DNA of 64,000 nt, taken from the NCBI GenBank assembly GCA_950097015.1, contig CATNEN010000013.1, forward strand, positions 1-64,000, in the 5' to 3' direction. Both the position numbers and the translations under genes were made by a program. The notes below the pieces were generated by a model. It was not told the origin of the DNA. It ran no database searches and worked only from the letters and a program-made list of their open reading frames with translations. The first letter of the stretch is position 1. Every line of letters begins with the position of its first letter. Below, piece by piece: positions 24,984 to 34,803 of this stretch. This DNA comes from Macrostomum hystrix (lineage: Eukaryota; Animalia; Platyhelminthes).

Positions 24984-25485
24984 TGGATAAAAGAAAAATG
25001 TTAACATTTTGTGTTGATTTTAAATTGCTTTGTTGTAAATCAAAGATTATAATAATTTAAAGTTTTATTGCTGTTTAGTTATAAAGAGTTTAGGCAGTGT
25101 TGTGCCTCGTATTTTACATTATTGTGTTATTTTACAACAATAGAAATGTTATTCTGTGTTGTCTCCTAGCGTTGTTTTGCAATTGATCCTTATTTAGTTA
25201 ATCCAGCTTACCACACGCTTATGTTTCTCATTGCGAGGCGGTATACTTAAATGAAAAAATAAAACTTTATGTTCCATAACCACACACTAATTTATTGACA
25301 CCTGTTTTGTAAAAATATTTTTGTCTCTCAATCTACTCCTAGTAGTAAAAATAGCTGATTTTATCAGCCCGCTTGTTTTTTAATAATCGTCTTGAGCGTC
25401 AGTCACGATACTCGCAATACTTCATTTGCTTTTTTAGTCATTGGCTTTGGCTTGCATTTCTACTGGATTGTGAGTAGCTCATTTG

Positions 25486-26335
25486 GTTTTGGGGATTCCC
25501 CAACAGTATGTCGTTCAGTATATGGAAATTCCCCATCAGTATGCTATTTGGTTTTGGGGATTCCCCACCAGTCTGCGATGTTGTATTGCGGATTCCCCAT
25601 CTGTATGAAATTTACTTTTGAGGATTCCCTATCTGTATAAAATGTAGTTTTGGGGATTCCGCATCTGTATGAAATTTAGTTTTGAGGATTCCCCCCCCTG
25701 TATGGAATGTAGTTTTAAGGATTCCCCATCTGCATGAAATGCAGTTTTGGGGATTCCTCATCTGTATGAAATTTTGTTTTGAGGATTCTCGATCAGTATG
25801 TCGTTCAGTGTATGAGTATAAAATTCGGTATTGGGGATTCCCCATCACTATGCAATTTAGTATTGGGGATTCCCTATCGGTACGCAATTTAGTATTGGGG
25901 ATTCCCTATCGGTACGCAATTTAGTATTGGGGATTCCCTATCGGTATGCAATTCTGTATTGGGGATTCCCCATCGTTATGCAATTTAGTATTTGGGATTC
26001 CCTATTGGTATGCAATTCTGTATTGGGGATTCCCCATCGGTATGCAATTTAGTATTTGGGATTCCCTATTGGTATGCAATTCTGTATTGGGGGTTCCCCA
26101 TCAGTATGCAATTCGGTATTGGGGGTTCCCCATCAGTATGCAATTATGTATTGGGGGTTCCCCATCAGTATGCAATTCGGTATTGGGGATTCCCCATCAG
26201 TATGCAATTCGGTATTGGGGATTCCCCATCAGTATGCAATTCGGTATTGGGGATTCCCCATCAGTATGCAATTCGGTATTGGGGATTCCCCATCAGTATG
26301 CAATTCGGTATTGGGGATTCCCCACCGGTATGCGG
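25486..26335. repeat. 32-bp minisatellite carrying the palindrome TGGGGATTCCCCA
   Basis: Unit TATTGGGGATTCCCCATCAGTATGCAATTCGG with period 32 (for example 26181 and 26213). Copies are degenerate on the left and near-identical on the right. Confidence 0.93.
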
Positions 26336-26600
26336 TTCTTAACTACCTATTATGAATTAAACAATGCATATTACAATCAGAGCCTGGCCTCTTTATTATT
26401 CTGGCATTCCCTAAATAAATTCAGGCCGGGGGGATGTGGTCAAGCTTTATTTTGTTCACAACGATAGCCACATTCAGTAAATCTTTTGGTATTGCTTTTA
26501 TCATTAGCTTCCTACAGAACGCGCTACCAGTCTGTATTGAAGTTAGGTCACGCTTTTTTAGTTTGTCACAAAAGCTAGCTGGCTTTGTTTAATTAATGTA

Positions 26601-28565
26601 CGAGGGGTGTTTCAAAAGTTTCCGGACTGACGTCACCATTTTGAGTTGAAATGGCCAAATCACTTGAAATTTGATATGCAATTGCAATAAGATTATTTTT
26701 ATTATGTCCTAAAATTTCAGCGCAATCGGATTAACTGATCAAAAGTTGTAATGAATTTTGCATTAAACATCAAAAACAACAAATACGATTTTTGGATTTC
26801 AGTTTCAAGCGATCACTCCTAATCACTGTCAGAGTCACTGATACCGTCGGCTGTGTCGCGAGGCTGACAGCTTGCGCGCTCTACGTACTCGCCTTCGATG
26901 GAGATGCACTTCTTGTAGCGCTCAATTAGCGCGTCGAAGCCAGCCTCCCAGAATTCAGCCTTCAGCTGACTAAGCGACTGATTGGTGGCATTGATGACTT
27001 CGTCACGAGTTGAGAAGATCTGACCACGCAGAGGCATCTTCATCTTACCGAATAAATGAATCGATACTGATCGATACCGAGCTTACAAGTTTCTCTCGAT
27101 GACACATGAGTTTTAGCCATAGACACATTAGACAACTGCGATGCGGCTTTAGCAGCTTAAAGCCGCATCAAAACGAAAAAGATTTTTAGCAGCCTACTAC
27201 GCTCTACCGTTCTGAAATGAGTCGACCGACCAACTCCGCGGACTTTGGGTCAAAACACAGCCAGCGCCACTTCATCATTGCATGTCAACGTCAAGGCAAG
27301 ACAGCGACGCATACGTTTGCAGAGGTATGCCAAGCATTCGGTGACTACGCGTTAGGTCGGTCGCAAGTGTTTGACCATCACCGACTTGCTGCTGGAGGTG
27401 CGACTAGTGTTGCTGATGCTCCACGATCAGGCCGTCCACGCTCCAGTACGGACGCCGGCACAGCCGCTGCTGTGCTGTCCTACCTGGAAGAGAATCCATC
27501 GGCAAAGCTACGTGAAATAGAGAGCAAGTTTGACATACCCTACGCTTCTGTCTGGCGCATTCTGAAACGCGAAGGATGGTCGAAGATCTGCGCCAAGTGG
27601 GTGCCACGTGACCTTACAGAAGAGCACAAGAAGGCAAGAGTGCGTTGCGCGCTGGAGAATCGGGCAGTGTGGGACGAGCTTGGAGACACCAAGTTCAAGG
27701 AGCTGACCATCACGATGGATGAGACTGTACTGCCCATGTTCCAGCCGTTAACCAAGCAGCAGACAATGCACTGGGGACCCAAGGGGCGCCATCCTCATCA
27801 GAAGGCAATGAAGTCATCCTGGACTCGAAATGTGATGTGCACTGTGTGGTTCGATGCTCGCGGAGTGCTGCTGGTTGACTATGTTCCACAAGGTCAGACT
27901 ATCAACTCAGATTACGTAATGGATCAGCTGAATCGCCTGCGAAGTGCAGTTTTGAGCAAGCGCCGCATAATGCGTCAGAAACCGTTTATTCTTTGGGACA
28001 ATGCGCGACCTCATGCTGCCGCTAGCACAAAGGCGAAGGTGGAGGAGCTCGGCTTTCGCCTGCTAAATCATCCTGCCTACAGTCCTGACCTCGCCATTGC
28101 TGACTTTCATTTATTCGGTAAGATGAAGATGCCTCTGCGTGGTCAGATCTTCTCAACTCGTGACGAAGTCATCAATGCCACCAATCAGTCGCTTAGTCAG
28201 CTGAAGGCTGAATTCTGGGAGGCTGGCTTCGACGCGCTAATTGAGCGCTACAAGAAGTGCATCTCCATCGAAGGCGAGTACGTAGAGCGCGCAAGCTGTC
28301 AGCCTCGCGACACAGCCGACGGTATCAGTGACTCTGACAGTGATTAGGAGTGATCGCTTGAAACTGAAATCCAAAAATCGTATTTGTTGTTTTTGATGTT
28401 TAATGCAAAATTCATTACAACTTTTGATCAGTTAATCCGATTGCGCTGAAATTTTAGGACATAATAAAAATAATCTTATTGCAATTGCATATCAAATTTC
28501 AAGTGATTTGGCCATTTCAACTCAAAATGGTGACGTCAGTCCGGAAACTTTTGAAACACCCCTCG
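26601..28565 (+). mobile_element. Mariner (Tc1/mariner, DD34D) element with 460-bp terminal inverted repeats
   Basis: TA dinucleotides flank both ends (26599-26600 and 28566-28567). The ends read CGAGGGGTGTTTCAAAAGTTTCCGG...CCGGAAACTTTTGAAACACCCCTCG. 26601-27060 is the reverse complement of 28106-28565. Confidence 0.95.
27217..28347 (+). CDS. Mariner transposase, intact, 376 aa
   Basis: Uninterrupted ORF with RSGRP (HTH linker), WVPRDL, ITMDET, WDNARPH and YSPDLAIAD. Exactly 34 residues separate the second and third catalytic Asp (DD34D). Confidence 0.96.
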   Translation: MSRPTNSADFGSKHSQRHFIIACQRQGKTATHTFAEVCQAFGDYALGRSQVFDHHRLAAGGATSVADAPRSGRPRSSTDAGTAAAVLSYLEENPSAKLREIESKFDIPYASVWRILKREGWSKICAKWVPRDLTEEHKKARVRCALENRAVWDELGDTKFKELTITMDETVLPMFQPLTKQQTMHWGPKGRHPHQKAMKSSWTRNVMCTVWFDARGVLLVDYVPQGQTINSDYVMDQLNRLRSAVLSKRRIMRQKPFILWDNARPHAAASTKAKVEELGFRLLNHPAYSPDLAIADFHLFGKMKMPLRGQIFSTRDEVINATNQSLSQLKAEFWEAGFDALIERYKKCISIEGEYVERASCQPRDTADGISDSDSD

Positions 28566-29248
28566 TACTTAGATTTTACTTACTCGAAGATGCACAGCTT
28601 TTTTCTTTTGTTTTTTTTCGATACGCACGTACTTGGTTTTTGCAGTCATGCAGTTTTTGCAGTAAAATGTGTGCAATAACAAAAAAATAGATGTCTAATC
28701 TGTCATATCAGTATTGGGTAAATAATGTAAATAATTACTACCGATTGAATTAATCTGTAACAATCTATTGATAATATTAGAGTGGAATAAATTGATAATT
28801 GATCACACCCATTAAGGGATCATGTGGATTATCCAGATTATGCAAAATGGAATGTATTACAACACGCATTCACAAATAAAGTTGTTAAATGCAATCACAG
28901 AATTTTATGGTTAGTAAACCTAGTCAAAGCCTTCTTTGGTTTTAGACTGTGGCCTTTAGGGGGCCAGGAGTTGACTGAATTGCATTTTATGTGCAAGGCT
29001 TTGTTCACAACGCTAGCCACATTCAGTAAATCTTTTGGTATTCCCCATCTGTATCTTCCTTACTGAGCCTCATTTGGAGCGAGCTCTGAATACGATATTG
29101 GGGCATGCTTGTATTCACAGCCAATGCTCCTTTGTCTCTGGTAGAACCTTCGAGCACGCATCAAAGCAATAGCCCACAATCTGCACCATCTCAGGTCGGC
29201 AGCCTACCAAGTCTCATCCCGTGTCATATACACCCTGTTTCAACACTG

Positions 29249-30078
29249 CCCTGCCTCATCTCTCCCCTGCCTCATCTCTCCCCTGCCTCATCTCTCCCCT
29301 TCCTTATCTCTCCCCTGCCTCATCCCTCCCCTGCCTCATCCCTCCCCTGCCTCATCCCTTCCCTGCCTCATCCCTCCCCTGCCTCATCTCTCCCCTGCCT
29401 CATCTCTCCCCTGCCTCATCTCTCCCCTGCCTCATCCCTCCCCTGCCTCATCTCTCCCCTGCCTCATCCCTCCCCTGCCTCATCTCTCCCCTGCCTCATC
29501 CCTCCCCTGCCTCATCCCTCCCCTTCCTTATCTCTCCCCTGCCTCATCTCTCCCCTGCCTCATCTCTCCCCTGCCTCATCTCTCCCCTGTCTCATCTCTC
29601 CCCTGCCTCATCTCTCCCCTGCCTCATCCCTCCCCTGCCTCATCCCTCCCCTTCCTTATCTCTCCCCTGCCTCATCTCTCCCCTGCCTCATCCCTCCCCT
29701 TCCTTATCTCTCCCCTGCCTCATCCCTCCCCTGCCTCATCTCTCCCCTGCCTCATCCCTCCCCTTCCTTATCTCTCCCCTGCCTCATCTCTCCCCTGCCT
29801 CATCCCTCCCCTTCCTTATCTCTCCCCTGCCTCATCCCTCCCCTGCCTCATCTCTCCCCTGCCTCATCCCTCCCCTTCCTTATCTCTCCCCTGCCTCATC
29901 TCTCCCCTGCCTCATCCCTCCCCTTCCTTATCTCTCCCCTGCCTCATCCCTCCCCTGCCTCATCTCTCCCCTGCCTCATCTCTCCCCTGTCTCATCTCTC
30001 CCCTGCCTCATCTCTCCCCTGCCTCATCCCTCCCCTGCCTCATCCCTCCCTCTCCTTCCTTATCTCTCTCCTGCCTCA
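29249..30078. repeat. Pyrimidine-rich 16-bp minisatellite
   Basis: Unit CCTGCCTCATCTCTCC with variants (CATCCCTCC, CCTTCCTTAT). Confidence 0.95.
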
Positions 30079-31208
30079 CTCTTCTTACTTACAAAAATGC
30101 AATTATCCCTGAGTAAACCAGTATTAGAGGATTTTAATTAAACAGCATCTCTACTTGTATCTCTGGGCTTGATTTGCAATCTAAGAGAATAAAATATTCC
30201 AAAGTCATGTCAATCGAAACACAAGCTGTGTGTAGGCTGTCAAAGCAGCAGAAACTAAAAAAGAACTTTTTAAGTCGGAGTTCCTGATTTACTCCAAAAT
30301 TTACTCATTTTACAATCGGATTAGATGAGCATTCCAGTAAAAAATACCTTGCTTCTGTGTTGTTTCTTTCAGCTGCACAATTTACTCGTGAGAAAAAGAA
30401 ATTAACAATTTTGACCTTACGAGTAATTCAAAGTGTTCTTCTAAAACAGTGAACCACCGTTAAGTCCATTGGACTCTATGGAAATCTTTAGCAAGCTCAC
30501 AGCATGTGGAGTCTTAGGAAGTGCCTCAGATTTTCGCAGCTGTCAATAAAGTCAATAAAGTCTTTTTTCTTGAAAAAATGAATATGCTCAGCAATAATTA
30601 AGATTTACAGTGCTGCGGTGGCAAGGCAGGTGGTTGGATTTGATATGGAGAGAGAATAGGAAGTCCGCAATTCGTGCTCAAGGAACAGCTGCGTGATTGT
30701 AGAGACAATGAGAGGCGACAGGCAATTATTGCCGCTGTCACCGGGGGTGAGTGTGCTCAAAGGTGACTCGGCTCCGGCCCCCCTTATAAAGAGTGATGCG
30801 AAATCAAAAGGAATTGCCAGTCAAAGCCATCTCGGGGAAATGGTCATTTTTCGCGCTAATAAAAAAGTCAAGAAGGAAGGCTGCTGAAGGAAAATTCGCG
30901 GCTCGCAGCAAAAGCCAACCGGATCAGATGCTCTCAGGTGTGCTCACAGGCATTGGCAGTGAGCAAGTTGATTTTTCAGCAGGCCTTAGACAAGCCTTTG
31001 AACTAGATGATAGAAAAGGTGAAAGCTGGAAATGCGTCTGGCGGGCAGCTCATTATCCGGCCGAGGCCTCGTTGCTGGGTCCTGATTATTCCATGCAGTC
31101 TGCAGCCTCTCTAATTGCATCGCTAAACTGAGGAAAGTCTGGCGAACGGCACAAATAATAATTCCCGAGTCGACAGAACGGCAGATGTGCACAATGGCCA
31201 GCCTCCCC

Positions 31209-32724
31209 TCAGTCCGCTTCGTCAGCACCCGCGGACTCAGCGTCCAGTGCGACTATTGAAGACGATGGCGGCTGATTCTGCAGCTCCGCTGTCACCAGCG
31301 CGTAGGAGACCGTGAGTGTTCGATGCGGCTGCGGCGATGGCGTCTGGGACGGCTGCGTCTGCTGCGGTGACTGCAGCTCCGCGGCGGCGTCTTCAGCGAC
31401 TGTCGAATGCCACCAGCGATGCCTTCGTCCATAGCGTTGCCTCTGCTGCTGTTGCGCTTGGCGCTGGCCCCGCCAGACGCGGCCGAGGCAGTTGAGGACG
31501 CGCCGCCGAAAGCCGCTGCAGGAGGCGAAATAGGCCAAGAAGTTGGTGGCGTTGTTAGCGAACATCAGCGTCTTCAGGCCGTCCAGAGCTACTCGGCCGG
31601 CGTCCGTGCGAGGCAGCCAGTTTGTGACCTTCAACAGCTGGCCGACTGAGGCCGGCAGGGTGGTGCAGATGTGGATGACGGTCAGGACGGCGAGAAGGCG
31701 GGTGGCGCTCTCTCGATTGCGACTGGCCTCAGCGACCCGGCGCAGCTGCTGCTTCCGCTGGCCGGCGGAGCCACGATTGCACTTCCGCTGCTGCTGCTGC
31801 TGCTGCTGCTGCAGTTTTTTTCATCGTTTCAATGGATGTTGATGAAAATGCTGTGGTGACTGAAGCGGCCGCAGCGGTGGCACTCGAAGCCAGGGATCGT
31901 CGACGGCGCACGGCGGCATAGATGTAGAAGTTGCAGAGCAGCAGCACCGTGTACGGCACCACCAGGTAGGTGACAATGTCCAGCTTGGCAAACCAGCGTC
32001 CGAAATTACGATCGTAGGCGCAACGAGTCGGCAGGAGGCGAAAATTGTCGTAGGGCGACCGGCCCAGTTGCGACCAGTTGAGCCATTGCGGCGGCTGCTT
32101 CGGTCTCAGAAACAGCGGCGTCGTCTCCTGCTGGCCGGATGCTGCATCGTCTTCGTACGATGCCGATGTCCCGGCTCGCAGGATTCGCACGCAGCTGACG
32201 GTGAAGCGGTGAAACACGATGGGAAAATTCTTGACCACAATGCCACCGGAGAGGAGGCCGAACGCGATAGCGAAGGTGCGGCCGGTGATGTGGCGGACGG
32301 CCGCGTGCGGAAAGGCCACCAGGAGGAAGCGCTCGACGCCCAGAGCGCAGAGTGCGTACACGGCCAGGTCGCTGACTGTGGCGACGGCGGCCTGGTGTAG
32401 GCGGCACAGCGCCGGGTGCAGGTCGCGAATGTCCAGGCCGAGAGTCTCAATCAGCCAGTATCGCGTGACGGCCAGCAGAAGGACAGCGCAGTCGGCCAAG
32501 GCCAGGAACACCATCAGGAAGCGGGTGGTGTCCCGGTGGGTGCGTTCCGTAGCCTGCAGGTAGGCGGTCACGGAGTTGCCCACCACGCCGCCCACAATCA
32601 GCAGGCCGCACAAGATGCAGAGGATCCATTCGGCGAGGCGCACCGCGGCGCTGCTGGAGGCGTAGTCTATGGAACAAACCGCAACTGACTGCTCGCGCTC
32701 CGCGCGGCCAGCTTCCGACATCAT
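31209..32724 (-). CDS. Class A (rhodopsin-like) orphan/peptide GPCR, single exon, one +1 frameshift
   Basis: TM1 VVGNSVT, TM2 LALADCAVL, TM3 ERF (DRY equivalent) and TM5 VVPYTVLLLCNFYI lie in ORF 31729-32736. TM6 ATRLLAVLTVIHICTTLP and TM7 FANNATNFLAYF lie in the adjacent frame ending at 31209. The frames join if one A is removed from the A7 run (T7 at 31815-31821). The first ATG is at 32724; the track's 32736 start is GTG. Confidence 0.85.
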
Positions 32725-33400
32725 GATACGCTGCACTTTTCAATGCCTAGAGAACTAGATTGGCAGCCCCTGGCTCACTAAAGTCAGTCGAACTTTAACC
32801 TGGCCTTAGTTTTATTGCTCCGCGGCTCCCTGTCAGACTCGTGGTTGGCCAGCATTCCGGCCAGCCAATCAGGTTCAGTCCTAGCCAGGGCTCAAACTGT
32901 GTCGCTGAAAATTTACTTAACAATCCCTCGTTTGTCTGAGTCCATCTGTTCCGCTAGTTCCTTATTGAATATTGTTCTTTAGTCTACTCAGTTAAGAAAT
33001 GTACTTTAGAAGCTAGAGTTCAGGATTCACTTTAAGCTGTCAAGAAAAGTCGATCTTTGATCTCCCTGTCAGCACAGCTGAATAGCACCTGTGACCTGTC
33101 ACATTTCATTTTCTGACAAACAATAGAAAAAATGTAACACTGGAAAAGTAACACCTAGCTTAAAAAGTAAAAAAAGTAATACAGCCATTATCTTACTTGT
33201 CAGTAGCTTTTTATTGCATGACTAAAAGACAGATTAAAACCATGTTAATCAAAAGAAGAAAATAATTCTGAAAGTCAATTATCACTCAGCAGATATTGCA
33301 GAAATCCGCGAATCGCAAAAATTGGCGAAATTGCCATAGAATATGAGTTGATAAGCAAATACAATTGGCTCCAATAGACGGAAAGTGACCAACAGCCTCA

Positions 33401-33985
33401 CTGATGTCATTCTGGCACACCTGATGTCATTCTTGCACACCTGATGTCATTCTTGCACACCTGATGTCATTCTGGCACACCTGATGTCATTCTTGCACAC
33501 CTGTTATCATTCTTGGATACCTGATGAGTCATTCTGGCACACCTGTTGTCATTCTTGGATACCTGATGAGTCATTCTGGCACACCTGATGTCATTCTTGC
33601 ACACCTGATGTCATTCTTGCACACCTGTTATCATTCTTGGATACCTGATGAGTCATTCTGGCACACCTGTTGTCATTCTTGGATACCTGATGAGTCATTC
33701 TGGCACACCTGATGTCATTCTTGCACACCTGATGTCATTCTGGCACACCTGATGTCATTCTTGCACACCTGATGTCATTCTTGCACACCTGATGTAATTC
33801 TTGCACACCTGATGTCATTCTGGCACACCTGATGTCATTCTTGCACACCTGTTATCATTCTTGGATACCTGATGAGTCATTCTGGCACACCTGTTGTCAT
33901 TCTTGGACACCTGATGTCATTCTTGCACACCTGATGACATTCTTGCACACCTGATGTCATTATTGCTTATCTGATGTCATTCTGA
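33401..33985. repeat. 20-bp minisatellite with variant units
   Basis: Unit CACACCTGATGTCATTCT(T/G)G, with interspersed GTTATCATTCTTGGATACCTGATGAGTC variants. Confidence 0.95.
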
Positions 33986-34370
33986 TGCACAAAATAACAT
34001 ACCTGTTGTCATCCTGGCATACCCAAAGTCACTTTGGCACATCTTTTGTTTGGCTATTACAGTACTGAAAAGTACAAAATCTGATTACAATAATTAAAAA
34101 GGTACGATTATATGCAAAAATACTTTTAACCAATTGCACAATGCTCCGATAGCACCTATTTACGAGGACAAAAATGTAATAAAGAAAATATTACAGGTAT
34201 CGATTTCGACTCAAGCAGTCAAGTTAGTCGAAATCGCACGGAATATTGCGGGTGAGAATATTGCATGCCCTGTAAATGATTCTCAATAAATTCAAGACAA
34301 TTAAATTTCGGCATCATAAGGATCTTCAGTAATGCGAAGCTAAAGAATCTTAAAGGTTTCATTTAAGTAT

Positions 34371-34628
34371 TTTAGGGATCATGAAATTTAGGAATGCTGA
34401 TGAAGTTTAGGGATCCTGAAGTTTAGGAATGCTGATGAAGTTTAGGGATCATGAAGTTTAGGGATCCTGAAGTTTAGGAATGATGATGAAGTTTAGGGAT
34501 CCTGAAGTTTAGGGATCCTGAAGTTTAGGGATCCTGAAGTTTAGGAATGATGATGAAGTTTAGGGATCCTGAAGTTTAGGGATCCTGAAGTTTAGGGATC
34601 ATGAAGATTAGGGATCCTGAAGTTTAGG
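34371..34628. repeat. About 16-bp minisatellite
   Basis: Unit GATCCTGAAGTTTAGG with GAATGATGATGAAG variants. Confidence 0.9.
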
Positions 34629-34803
34629 CAACGGTCCGAAGCTAAATACACGCATGATGTGGAGCAGTTTCAACTTCAACAATTGATAGATTCTTTTCTG
34701 TTGTCATCTCAGTCATTCTGTGGTCCTTTGCCTATTGAAACACGGTCGTAAAGAAGCTGAGCAAAAATTGAAGAAAAAAATGAGCCAAAAACATAAGGAA
34801 AAA

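Noticed and set aside
25392-26467. Repetitive ORFs over the palindromic array
   Set aside because: They are translations of a 32-bp minisatellite, open in several frames, with no splice or codon support.
26819-27043. 74-aa minus-strand ORF identical to the transposase C-terminus, as a separate gene
   Set aside because: It is part of the 460-bp inverted terminal duplication and lacks the DNA-binding and catalytic regions.
29105-30141. 300+ aa Pro/Leu/Ser/Cys-rich ORFs (likewise 35311-36276, 37033-37964, 49971-50306, 61452-62015)
   Set aside because: They arise because the repeat units lack stop codons; several lie inside introns of well-supported genes.
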